Assembly (NCBI GenBank): GCA_002269645.1
Contig: NIVC01002146.1
Span: forward strand, 1 to 64,000
DNA from: Macrostomum lignano
Lineage: Eukaryota
Direction of reading: 5' to 3'
DNA length: 64,000 nt
The notes under the pieces were generated by a model that saw nothing but the letters and a program-made list of their open reading frames with translations, ran no database searches and was not told where the DNA came from. Made by a program: the position numbers and the translations under genes. Of the stretch, positions 12,389 through 46,654 are shown in pieces. Position 1 is the stretch's first letter. Every line of letters starts with the position of its first letter.

Positions 12389-12782
12389 CTTCTTCTTCTT
12401 TTCTTCCACCGCCCCACAACGCTGCCGCTGGCAGCTGGGGGAGGGCGCTCAGAGGCGCCCCAACCTGCGAAGGAGGGCGAGAAGGCGCTCCGGGTCGTCG
12501 CGGATGTCCCTCTTGTCCTCAGTGCTCGCCCGAAGGGCGTCGCCGCGTGGGCATTCAAGGATGATATGCTCCTCCGTGTCGGGCGCCCCGCAATCGGGAC
12601 AGCTGGCGTTCTCAGTCAGGCCGACCCGGTGACGTGTGGCCCCGGCCAGGGTGGAGCACCCGGCTCTGAGTTGGTTAATCGCCACCGTTTCTTTCCTGGT
12701 CAGGTGTCGTGGTGGTCGTTGCCAGGGGCGTCCAAGCAGTTCCTGGTCGCGGGCGGACCAGGGACCACTTTTGCCACCGAAC
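12389..12782 (-). mobile_element. LINE copy B: 3' end of an I-group non-LTR element with (AAG)n tail
   Basis: Encodes LTRKETVAINQLRAGCS..CPDCGAPDTEEHIILECP, a stop, a short 3'UTR and an (AAG)n tail. Flanked by (CAG)3 and (CAG)5 on the element strand. Confidence 0.85.
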
Positions 12783-12791
12783 CTGCTGCTG

Positions 12792-14708
12792 CTTCTTCTT
12801 CTTCTTCTTCTTCTTCTTCTTCTACGCAGCCCCCGCGTCGCCGCTGTCCGGCGGCTGGGGGGAGGGCGACCTGCAGGCCGCCCCATCATCCTCAGATACC
12901 AGCAGATTCCGCCCGCGTCGTTGAGGTCGAGAGGGTGAGCAAGGCGGGCGGAGTCTCCGCGTGGACACTGCTGCAGGAGGTGCTCTTCTGTGTCTTCGTC
13001 TCCGCAGTCCGGACAGAGCGGAGTCTCGGTAAGGCCGATACGGTAGCGGGTGGCCGCGCAGGCTGTGCTGCAGCCGGCCCTCAATTGGCAAACCGCCACC
13101 GTCTCGCCACGAGTCAGGCCGCCGTAGCGCTTCCAGGGCGAGCTACGGTTCAAGAGCTTGAGATCGAGGTGTCGCCTGGCTCGTTTAATGGCAGCCCTGG
13201 CGGCTTCGAAGGCGATGGGCTGGTCCTGCGTCAGGTCCGAAGCCCGGTTCGCCGCCTTGTCGGCTCTTTCGTTGCCATCGACGCCGACGTGGGCCGGCAC
13301 CCAGGTAATGCGGACCGGGCGAGCTTCTTGACTGAGCAGGCTCCACACCAGCTGTCCCATGGGCTCGCGTTGGTCAGCTGGCCCGCGCTGCAGGGTGAGG
13401 ATGCCCGCCATGCTGTCCGTGAGAATGTCGATGCTGCCCCCGTGTGGTTGCTGGAGCTGTAGGCAGCGGCGGATGCCTAGAGCTATAGCCGCTAGCTCCG
13501 CCGTCGTGCTGCTGCAGACGGAGCCAGCGGCTGTCGTGTGTACTTCGCCCCACAGGAGGGTGTGCAGGACGGCCGCGCCACGGCCGTCCCGGCAGCCGTC
13601 CGTGGCGCTGCCGTCAGTCCAGATGACGATATCGTGTTGAGGTCTGGATTCCAGGGCGTTGATGGCTCTCTCCCGTCTGATGCTGTCCGGCACTTTGCGG
13701 CCGCAGGTGACCTGCAGGCTGGTGTCGAAGCTGACTTCGCTGGGTGACTGCCATGGCGGCTCGGGCATCGGGAAGGGGGCGCGCATCCCCGCTGGCTCGA
13801 GGGCGTTGATGCCGAGCTCCAGTGCGGCGCGCCTCCAGCAACCACGGAAAGGCCTGCGGTAGTCGCTCTCCAGCAGGACCCGGTCATCCACCGGGTGTTG
13901 CTCCCGTAGCCACGCCTCGTGAGCACGGGATTTCAGGCGGGGCGGGCAGGGTCTAGCGGCAGTCTGGTGCACCGGGACCTCCCCGGGCAGCCTCAGAGCC
14001 CGTTCCCGCAAGGTCGCCGCTCTCTCCAGGATCAGGTGTCCGATGGGCGGCAGGTCTGCGGCCGCGAGGAGCGCCCTGACGTTCGTGGGCTTAATGCACC
14101 CCGAGATGATCCTGGCGCAGCAGAACTGTTGCCGTTCGATGAGAAGCCTGCTGCTCGGCGCCGCAAAGGCACCCCAGATTCCGCACGCGTAGTCGGCAAT
14201 AGCACGCACGGTGGCGACGTAGGCAGTGCGGAGGACGTGGAAGGAGGCGCCGCCGCTACGAGTCGCCAGGGCGGCGAGGGGCCGTCGGCGGACTGCCATG
14301 CGGCGGCGGATATCCGCCACATGATGTTGGAACGTTAGCTGGCCATCAAGTTTGACGCCGAGGAAAGTCGGGTGGAGCTCAAACTGCAGAGGCTCGCCGC
14401 AGATGCTGAGGTGCGGGCGAACTTTCCCATTGGTCTCGTTGGGTGCCAGCGAAAAGGTCGTGAAACAGCACTTGTTGGGGCTAAGTTCGACCTTCCACCG
14501 GCGGCACCATTCAGCGGCTGCGTCAAGGGCCGGTTGAAGATTGATTGCGCAGCGCTGAAGAGTGGTGGCTGAGCAGAGGGCCTGTGGACATCCTCCGAGA
14601 AGGGGAAACGGCCGACATGAGCAATCGGCCAGGACCCCGGGAGCCCCTGGACCTGAGCGATAGCTCGGGAATGACTAATGGTCCACACCATCGCAGATCA
14701 TCCTCATC
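12792..14708 (-). mobile_element. LINE copy A: 5'-truncated I-group (Ingi/Nimb/I-like) non-LTR element with RT C-terminus, RNase H, CCHC and (AAG)10 tail
   Basis: RT: EWCRRWKVELSPNKC..PTFLGVKLDGQLTFQHH and ARIISGCIKPT. RNase H: IWTDGS, TTAELAAI, ILTDSM, WVPAHVGVDGNERADKAA. CCHC: CPDCGDEDTEEHLLQQC. Preceded by (CAA)6(CAG)8. Confidence 0.92.
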
Positions 14709-14839
14709 CTGCTGCTGCTGCTGCTGCTGCTGTTGTTGTTGTTGTTGTTGATGCCAACTACTCTGCTACACCGTCCTGTCAGTTTTCGTCCTCAACACTG
14801 GCTCCCCACTGCGGGAGGCTTCTCCACCATTCCCAGTAA

Positions 14840-14871
<32 letters not shown>

Positions 14872-15430
14872 ACTATGGAGGTCTCCGTCGGACAAGGGTG
14901 CAGCCTCCTCGATATTTACGTCATCCTTGACGTCACCCCGATGGTCTCCGTCTCCATCATCATCCGACCATCCTGCCTCCTCTAACAGCACATCGGGGAA
15001 TCCGTCTGCTCAACCTCCATGTGGACAGTCGGTTCAGCAGCACCGTGGTCTCCAACGGGGACAGCAGCCGCCTCATTTTGGGCGTCCTGTCGCTGTTGAG
15101 CGAGACGCTCACGACGCCTTCGTTGTCGAAGTGCGTCACCGCGACGCAACCGTCCTGTTGGGTCGGCATCAGCAGCTTCGCGCTCCCTGCGCCGATAGAC
15201 TTTTCGCTGGGCCGCCCTGTCAGCCATTTTGGCGCTGCAGACATTTTCGGACAAGTATTTTGTGACGAGGTGCGTGTAAAAGAAATAGACTCCTACTCTA
15301 AACTGCCAGTGTTCGTACAACAAATACTAGCTACATTGACAGAAAAGGGTACAAAAATAATTGAGACGACGATACACGAGAATTCAAAAATCCAAATGCA
15401 GTCCAAAAACGTGCGGACACAGCTATATAC

Positions 15431-15544
15431 TTGCAATCTTACACTGGGAACCGAGAACCACTAGAACTTTGCAATCTTACACTGGGAACCAAGAACCACT
15501 AGAACTTTGCAATCTTACACTGGGAACCAAGAACCACTAGAACT
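15431..15544. repeat. 38-bp tandem repeat, 3 copies
   Basis: TTGCAATCTTACACTGGGAACCAAGAACCACTAGAACT x3, with a partial inverted copy near 15658-15672. Confidence 0.92.
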
Positions 15545-16227
15545 TAGTTGAATCAGAAGGTGGCACTCGTAATTGTTGCACATTTTTTAAGGCTAGCTTG
15601 TTTACGTGTGTACTCATACGATGTTGAGGCTTTAATTCCTGTTAAATCTACATCAGTCTAGTGGTCCTTGGTACAAACTGCCATATCACCCTGGCATCCA
15701 CCGGCGTCACATACATATATAAATTCATGAACGGAGGTAGCAGTTATTCCTCATTTGGAGTACATGATATTTGGAGTACGCTGTCTAGCAGGGCAGACCA
15801 GTTAATGCGATACGGAGTTGGCTCTTATAGTTGTTTGAAACAGGCTGGGCAAGGGTGAGGACCGGGTTGTTCACCTCGTCCTCGTCGAAACCAGGAATCC
15901 CACTGGTTAAATCCGAGGCTGTTAGGACGTCATCCAACAGAGCAGACCAATTTATTTCACCACTCATTTCAATTTGCCAGCTGTAAGTCAAATATGCAGG
16001 TGACAAACATGTACAATACCGTGAACGTTCGCTACATATCGCTACATAAGGCTACACGACATACACCATACCATCCTCAGCAGGACCTCAACAAGATCTA
16101 AGCTGGGAACAACCCAAACAGACGCTGCTGCATCTACACATGCGCACTTTTACATGTACTTGCAGTAGAATGTCATTTAACCACACAAAAACTACACGAC
16201 GATGGACGCCAACATACAAATTGTGCA

Positions 16228-16746
16228 TTAAACGTACGTGTACAAGTAGTTCGTTAACCCCGCTGTGGTATGCGTACTGGTGCAGGAGGGGGTGGGGAGG
16301 GGGCGGAGACGGTGGAGGATTGCGACGATGCGGGAGCAGGGGCAGTCTAAAAAATCTTCGCCCAATTCATCATCTTCCTCCTCTCGATCGTCTTCTGCTG
16401 CAGCTTGTCGCTGCCTTTGAAGCTCCAGCACCTCCTGCTGCCTCCGCACGCCCACCTGCTGGTACTCTAGTAGCTGTTGCTGTCGCTCCAACAGCCGCTG
16501 TTGCTCCTCGAGCAGCCGCTCTAATGCAGCAAGCCTGTCTTGCTGCTGCTGCATGCTGGGGTTCTGTACATTATGTGGCTGTGGTAACTGCTGCTGCTGA
16601 TGCAGATTCGCCTGCAGCTGCTCAACTACCAGCCGCTGTCGCTCTCCAAACTCTTCCCGCAGGTCCTCCAGATAAGGTATCACAACCTCAGGTGCCTCGT
16701 CCTCCATCACGTCCTCCTCTTCCTCCAGTTCATTACGTGGATCCAT
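16228..16746 (-). CDS. Orphan acidic/Gln-rich coiled-coil ORF (172 aa), possibly spliced to 15700-15983 and part of the CMC element
   Basis: ATG start, strongly biased E/Q/R heptads and a downstream TTACAG acceptor leading into another acidic frame. No family recognised. Confidence 0.35.
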   Translation of the reverse strand: MDPRNELEEEEDVMEDEAPEVVIPYLEDLREEFGERQRLVVEQLQANLHQQQQLPQPHNVQNPSMQQQQDRLAALERLLEEQQRLLERQQQLLEYQQVGVRRQQEVLELQRQRQAAAEDDREEEDDELGEDFLDCPCSRIVAILHRLRPLPTPSCTSTHTTAGLTNYLYTYV

Positions 16747-17265
16747 GGGTACCTATATAGCTTCAAAAAGCAGCTGCACAGTAGTATTGTTGTCCTGATT
16801 ACATTCCCCCCACAAGAGGCTATACCAGACCATTATTTATCAACTATTTGCAATCTAGCTGAGGAACTTCTCTCACTTCCCTAGTTAAATTGGTGTAGAC
16901 GAATCAAGCAGCGGAATTACATGTACACATGCAACGAAGCCTTCGTAGGATAAAATGAACAACGCAAGAAAAAAGTAACACCGATCAGGATTAAAAAGCA
17001 CCTCAAGTGCTGGCAGTTGCCAAACTGGCTAACTATAGGTATAAAACATTTTGGAGCAAACAGCTCATTTCTAAGTTTGCGTTTAGTTTCTCTTGACATA
17101 AAAAGTCTTCTTACATCACACTGAAGTTCAAACCGTACTACACTCTTCACCTCCGTGTAATATACATATTCACCTACAGTCTACAAGTACATTTTAAAAC
17201 GCACCAGAAAATCACAACAGATCAGACACCCACAATAATTTCTAACGGAATGACAAAATGATAGA

Positions 17266-17369
17266 TTGTGTATATGGTTTTGGAGGTAGACAATGATAAA
17301 TTTTTCACAAGTGGCGAAGCCACGAGTGACTAAAATTTATCTTTGTCTATGACAAAACCATATACACAA
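17266..17369. repeat. About 104-bp imperfect palindrome (long hairpin)
   Basis: Arms TTGTGTATATGGTTTTG / CAAAACCATATACACAA (17 bp, perfect) and TAGACAATGATAAATTTT / AAAATTTATCTTTGTCTA. Core CACAAGTGGC-GAA-GCCACGAGTG. Confidence 0.85.
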
Positions 17370-18169
17370 ACACATTGTCTCATGAATGTATTTTTAGAAG
17401 CCTAAAATAATGACTCCTAAGCGTGGAATAATGAGCGTACAGCATGACACAATGTATTTAGGAAGCAAATAGAAGTTATAAATCTTCTCTGCAACACGCT
17501 TCCCTGCACCGTACAAACCGAAGTCCAGTTAATTGAATGTAGGCGTCGGCATTCGACCAGTGACAGTTGGAACAGACCCCGCCGCTGAACAATAGCTGCA
17601 AAAGTGAGCAAAAAGGCTTTTTAGAAAGCAATAAACACTCCGTTTTAGCTTATTGAACTCTAATTGCACTAACTAGCCTACTGAGTTAGTAGAAAGTTTG
17701 GCGCTAGTACAACGATTCTTAGACGACTTTTTCGCGACTCTTTTACGCTTCTACAACTCACGTGACGTGACGCGCTTTTGATGCAAGAGTCACTTCTCCG
17801 TCGCATTTGACGCGTTTGAGTCGTTAAAAAGTCACAAGAGTCGCCCCAGACGCGCTAGAGTCACTAGAGAGTTGTTTGCAACGACTTTTTAGCGACTCTT
17901 GTCACGGTATCGTTTTCAACGGGATCGCAGCTGCGCCTGACTGACCGCAGTCCTGGTCACTGTTCTGGTCACTTAGCTGACTACAGCGAGATACGGCCAG
18001 GGTAGGTGAAGTGGATACGACGGCGTATTCGTAGTATTTGCTGTAGTCAGCAGCTGCCGTGTCAACCAAGTAAGTTGCAACCTGAATTTAAATGTTAGAA
18101 ATTTAGAGGATAATATAATACTGGTATACGTGTACGGATTGGCAGTAAAATGCTGCAATGCATAACAAT

Positions 18170-21280
<3,111 letters not shown>

Positions 21281-21284
21281 TGCA

Positions 21285-22200
21285 ACTGCTTGCGAGGCCA
21301 TGTTGCGATGCGAGTTGGCAAACAGAAACTTAGCCCTCTCCCTTGAGAGCTTAAGCTCAATACGATATACTTCTTGGCATAAACAATTCATCATACAATG
21401 TACGATGCATCACGTTATCTCTTATCTTTTGGGAAAGGAAATACTCGAACACCTGCTTCTCTGATAAATAATTTGATTTGCAGACACTCACAGAGCACTT
21501 TCGTATCCGTTGCAGATATTTCATCGGTTTATTTTTCGTCGAGCGACACCAATATTTTAAATATACTCGTACGAGCGTATCAATTACTCGTACACAATTA
21601 TCAATTGCTCAAAATTTTAGTTCAAGGCAATGACCTCCATGCAATGGTCGTGTAGAGATCTCCAAACCTAGTAGACTACTAGAAGTAGTAAAATAAAATT
21701 ATTAATTATTAATTATGAAGAAAAGTTAAAAAGGGGTCGCTTCACAAGCTCGAAATTTCACAACCTCGAAAAGCACTTCCTTTCACAAACCCGAAACTTC
21801 ATAAGCTCGAAATTTCATATCCTCGAAAAATTTTAGCAAGCGACTTCACAAGCTCGAAATTTCACCCATCTTCTCAATCAACCCGTCCGTCAACTACAGC
21901 TTGATAAAATCACTCTCGTTTCCGTCGGCGATCTCAGGAAGCTGCAAATCGGGCCTGACTCCTGGTACTCCGAGGAACTCAGGCAGAGGTGCTGGCCTGG
22001 CATCAGCGCCATCTTCAACAAGATGCCACTGATCTCCTACGATTAACGCATCATGCTCTTCTTCCTGGTCACTGTGGGGATGTTCAACTTCGGATCCGTC
22101 AATTGAATCATCATCAGCAGTGAACCAGCTCACGTCCGAGTCACCGTCAAAGTCTAACGCCACAATGACTCAGGGGCGAATTGCTTGGTGCTTTGGCTAG
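21285..22200 (-). mobile_element. Second piggyBac transposase remnant (N-terminal half)
   Basis: Acidic N-terminus, then PLPEFLGVPGVRPDLQLP...DFIKL and a downstream LSRERAKFLF, which are piggyBac-type motifs. Interrupted by an AT-rich repeat at about 21660-21880. Confidence 0.6.
21730..21868. repeat. Degenerate 16-17-bp repeat cluster (TTCACAAGCTCGAAATT / TTCACAAACCCGAAAC)
   Basis: Several copies. The reverse complement matches the 54925-55370 array unit. Confidence 0.7.
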
Positions 22201-22954
22201 ACAGAGAACTAAAATATCCAATTGTATAATGAGACTGTTTCTGTATTTCTGAAGCAGGTCCTTGGCAGAACTATTATACGCAGGACAGTGATTTTAATAA
22301 ATATCTATGGTCCAAAATAGTTCGATCCCTTTCCATATTTTCCTGTATGGTTTTCTCATGAATGACCGACATGCAGCTATAGCATTTGGTCTCCAGCCAT
22401 AGACAAATTATCTTTTAGTTAAGCGGCTTTGCAACATACGGGTATACTTGTGGAGCAAGCTGCCGTCTGGAACGGGGGTAGAAATTCTGACACTCATGCA
22501 CTTGACACGAAATCGTGCCAGCCAGCCGTTGGCAAAGGGTGTGACGCATTTTTTGATTCGTCGCGTAGAGGTTAACCGATAGGAGCACACGACTCCGATT
22601 CCGTTAGTTCTAGAAGAAGACGCCCTCTCTGGAGGACCTCGTATTGTTATAGAAGTTGATTTTGTTATTAGGGCGCATCGTTGACATTGATTTCTGCACT
22701 CGAGTAATACTGCGACGTCGATTTTATTGTTACGCTCTCGCTTTCGGCTGATTTTAGACTTCAAGAAGACTACCCCGGGAGGAACAGCTCTATGGAGAGG
22801 AGCTCTACGGACACACGCAACAAAGAAGAGGAGCCCACAACAGTAAGTGATCACTGATTTTGTTCCCAGGCTCAAGTGTCTGGAAGTGGGAGTTTTCGAG
22901 TGACTGATCACCACTCAATCAAACTCTTCAGTCGGCCATTCTTTTGAATCAGAA

Positions 22955-23386
22955 TTAATTACGCCGGTAGCTTTTCTTCATAATTCTGAAACGAAAAAAT
23001 CCACGTTTCTGCTTGCTTGAGAACTTCGGTCCTTCATCACCGCTGGCGAGTGGCCGTGGGAACAGATGGTTCTTCTTGGTGGCCTTAGGCAGCAAAGCCA
23101 GGTATCGCTTCACCCTAGCAGTGTCGTACATGTAGATCCGAGCCTGATTGTTGTCGCTGTGGTGTTTGGCCTTCAGCAGATCAGCTGACTTGTTCTTCGA
23201 TGGCAGCGTAGGGAGGCAGCAGTAATCCTGTCCGTCTGAGTCGGTGTGCAGCTGCAGGCAGGTCCTCTCCTTCATGAACTTTATGTGCTCTTGCCGCGCT
23301 CTCCGAAGCAGTACAAACTGTAGAACAGGAGCTTGTCGAACCGGAAGGTTTTGCCAGTGAAAGGGAAAAGTTGTCGACTCTATCAC
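22955..23386 (-). mobile_element. Crypton-like tyrosine recombinase (DUF3504-type) fragment
   Basis: LLRRARQEHIKFM..LHTDSDGQDY..SKNK..ARIY..VKRYLALL..LFPRP follows the Crypton pattern RRGRE..D..G..Y..KNH..RMY..YL.KL..LFQRP. No intact catalytic H-x2-R or Tyr motif is seen. Confidence 0.68.
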
Positions 23387-24406
23387 AAGTTACATAGGGG
23401 TCGCTGACAAGCTAAGGAGAGCTCTCTCCTCCGTCGCGAAGCCTTTCTGCCATAGACGAAAAGTAAAAATCCATAGACATTTCCGTCTTAATATAGAGAG
23501 CTGCAGCACGGCCGTTGCCTTGAACTCTCCCCGTCGCGAGGCCTTTTTGCCATAGACAAAAAGTAAAATTCATCGACGAATGAAAATTTAGAGCAATGAA
23601 GCTCATTGAAACCGCCTTTCAATTACAGCCATAGACTGAAAGTAAAATTGGTGTGAATTGACTACAAAAATTCCCAAAAGCAGGGGTAGTCTGATCATCG
23701 TGTGTAGAAGCAGCTTTATGAAAATTCAACTCCGGAGTTGAAAAAGGAAAACACTTTTGTGCTAGATGTGTAGAAATGAAGCTCCGGACACGAAAATCAG
23801 ACAGGTAGAAATCTCGTAAAAATCAGCCTCCAATATTTTTTCGCATGAATCTCTAGTTTCTTGTCCATGGATTTTAGTAGTCCCTGGCGCATCTAAATTC
23901 ATTGTGTCGGACTAAGCGAAACTTCTGATTATCAAAAGTAGCAGATTTTCCGTTGTTTTTATATGCGGCGCTTCCTCTTAGAATTTCTATTTTATTAGAA
24001 GTGCTATCTCTTTGGGTTCTTTCATCTGTGATTCATAACTCCGGCTGAGAAATTCGTACTTAGCTTAGCCTGATAAAATGTTATCAGGTGCTCTGTTTAA
24101 TTCCAGTGCAATAGAGAACGTACCCTAGTAAACAAGCACAATATCGTCCCAGGCACTAGGTTGCTGCATGCAACTACGCTCACTCTGCTCCTCCGCATTG
24201 AAACATGACGGTGTGGGGTTGCTGCGTTGCTGTCTGGCTTCTGACATTGTAGCCGTGAAAGTACAGTCCCCAGCTCTGCCACAAACAACTGCTCCTGGCT
24301 AGCTTTGTATCCATTGCTCTGTCCCTCTCTCCTAATTCACCCCTCCTTCACTGCTTACCGCATTTCTACCCTCACTCGGGCCACAGTCAGCTTGTTTAGC
24401 AAGCCT

Positions 24407-24413
24407 TATAAAA
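24407..24413 (+). promoter_or_regulatory. Candidate TATA box of the aldehyde oxidase-like gene
   Basis: TATAAAA about 135 bp upstream of the ATG, after a pyrimidine-rich stretch. Confidence 0.35.
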
Positions 24414-24545
24414 ACATACAGAGAGCAAAAAAGAGGCACTAACACAAGCAAATACTTTCGACTCTACACATTAGACTCCTAAGCGCAGTAGTGGCACTAG
24501 CAGCAGCAGTAGCAGTTAGCTATGTATAGACAAACTACAGGATCT

Positions 24546-34023
<9,478 letters not shown>

Positions 34024-34797
34024 GCACAGTGAGCACAGCACTGACACAGCCCCAACTGGCTTCCTCTCGTCACCCCAAAGGAAATTCCAAGCATGCCATC
34101 TGAACGCTTGCTGTGTGTCATCATGGGCTGCAGTTTTATTATTTAGATTTTTTCTGGAAACTCTTTCTAAACCTAATAACTCATACTACTAACAGTAGCG
34201 AAGCTGACTAACATTAGCTAGAACCATTTTTATTACGCAGTTTATCCGATCTTTTAATTGATTTGATCTCAAATGTTTTCTTGTTTCAATCAATCTATTT
34301 ATTTATTAATCAGCACCTGCTTCTACGCTTTGAACTTAATTCCTCAGCCCAGTAGTTAACCTGCTAATTGTTTTGAATGAAAACGAATAAACAGTTTTTG
34401 TTGAGTCTTTTGTGTTAATTAATTGACAGTTAAAGTTTATTAGCAATTTGCAGGTGCTAATGGGAGTAAGCAAGGTGATAGATACTAATTTGTTTATGTC
34501 ATGCGATTTTATCATAAACGATGGCACAACAATGCTTAAGCTACTGGTTATCCTACTTATAAACGCTGATTCTAACGTTACAAATTCAAATAAAGTGACA
34601 ACAGATGAGCAAATGATTAGTCAGTAGCTACAGGTATCGCAAATTAATAATCATAATTGACACAGAAGTGTATTTTTTAGACAACAGGCAGATTAATATT
34701 CGGTGTTCACAACAGTTTAGTCCAGGAGGTACAGTCCTTTGTCTTGGTCAGATAGCGCGAGGTCAGAGTCCCCGATATGTAGCGTAGTCAACTTTAC

Positions 34798-45453
<10,656 letters not shown>

Positions 45454-45600
45454 CTCGGCGCCCAGCGGTCCGTTGGTGCCGAAGCCGAAAGCGTTGCCGC
45501 CGACGTCTCCGAGGCCGAGCGAGCTGTAGTGGCCGCTGCTCGCCTCCTTGTGGAAGCCCGCGGAATAGGCGTCCCGGAACTGGCCTGCGGGCGGGCCGTC

Positions 45601-46170
45601 TGCCACTCTGCCTCACTCCGTCTGTCACTCTTCCTCACTCCGTCTGCCACTCTGCCTCACTCCGTCTGTCACTCTTCCTCACTCCGTCTGCCACTCTGCC
45701 TCACTCCGTCTGCCACTCTGCCTCACTCCGTCTGCCACTCTGCCTCACTCCGTCTGCCACTCTGCCTCACTCCGTCTGCCACTGTGCCTCACTCCGTCTG
45801 CCACTCTGCCTCACTCCGTCTGTCACTCTGCCTCACTCCGTCTGTCACTCTGCCTCACTCCGTCTGTCACTCTGCCTCACTCCGTCTGTCACTCTGCCTC
45901 ACTCCGTCTGTCACTCTGCCTCACTCCGTCTGTCACTCTGCCTCACTCCGTCTGCCACTCTGCTTCACTGTCTGTCACACTACCTTAATCCGTTTTTCAC
46001 TCTGCCTCACTCCATCTGTCACTCTGCTTCACTGTCTGTCACACTACCTTAATCCGTCTGTCACTCTGCCTTACTTCGTCTGACACTCTGCTTCACTGTC
46101 TGTCACACTACCTTAATCCGTCTGTCACTATGCCTTACTTCGTCTGTCACTATGCCTTACTTCGTCTGAC
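45601..46170. repeat. 22-bp minisatellite abutting the innexin A first coding exon
   Basis: CCACTCTGCCTCACTCCGTCTG and variants. Confidence 0.94.
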
Positions 46171-46654
46171 ACTCTGTCTCTCTACAGACGGAAACTGTGC
46201 CTCAATCATTTTGTCACTCTCCTTATCTGCGACAAAATCATCTCACCTGTTACCAACCTCTACACCAGTCACACCCACACACCTGTCTTAGCGGTGGCTC
46301 TGCACCTGTTACCCTCAAACTAATCTTATTCAAACAGTAATTTTCATTCAGCATAATTCTCTCGAATCAGTGTACATCATGCGCTGGTTCATGCCCTACC
46401 TTCCTTGCGAAATGCCACTTTGCCGGCTGTAGCGGTTCTAACCGAGCGGTTTCGGGCACAAACAGACGGCTCCTGCTCGAATCTGCTTTTTCGGCTAATC
46501 CTTGGTTTTAAAAGCAAATTTTCTTTTTAAGGGGCCCGAGACTGAGCCGCTGTCGCCTTCACATCTTTTTTTGTCTGTTTCAGGCGCTTTCAGTAGCCTT
46601 GAATGGCTGCCTGCTGTCTCCCTCTCTCCATTCTCTAAAGCCTCTTGTGGGCTG

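Larger units (their letters stand above)
10111..15227 (-). mobile_element. CMC (EnSpm/CACTA/Mirage-like) transposase gene, degenerate, interrupted by LINEs at 12389-14708
   Basis: Basic then acidic N-terminus (ATG at 15227, MADRAAQRKVYRRR). Then LLALIDETLP..IPTS, C-x2-C motifs, CIDGFPVSTS, VVELP..WCGRQK..YLPMVVKQLNEL, MDAPQRA..KRFNAVHGCDKC, RAPRSL..WLLLYG..HFNLL..TYNVHHV and LFESQHGRL. Confidence 0.85.

Noticed and set aside
12566-13462. 298-aa + strand ORF and similar antisense ORFs over innexin, AOX and CHP exons
   Set aside because: Shadow ORFs on the opposite strand of GC-rich coding sequence, with no independent motifs.
16228-16350. RING-finger-like Cys cluster at the end of the orphan ORF
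   Set aside because: Cys/His spacing (CPC...H...C) does not fit C3HC4 or C3H2C3.
22408-22914. 168-aa minus ORF as the catalytic half of the Crypton recombinase
   Set aside because: Only faint resemblance (ISHSKTPT, GTKSVITY) to the H-x2-R and GH-x-S...Y motifs; not supportable.
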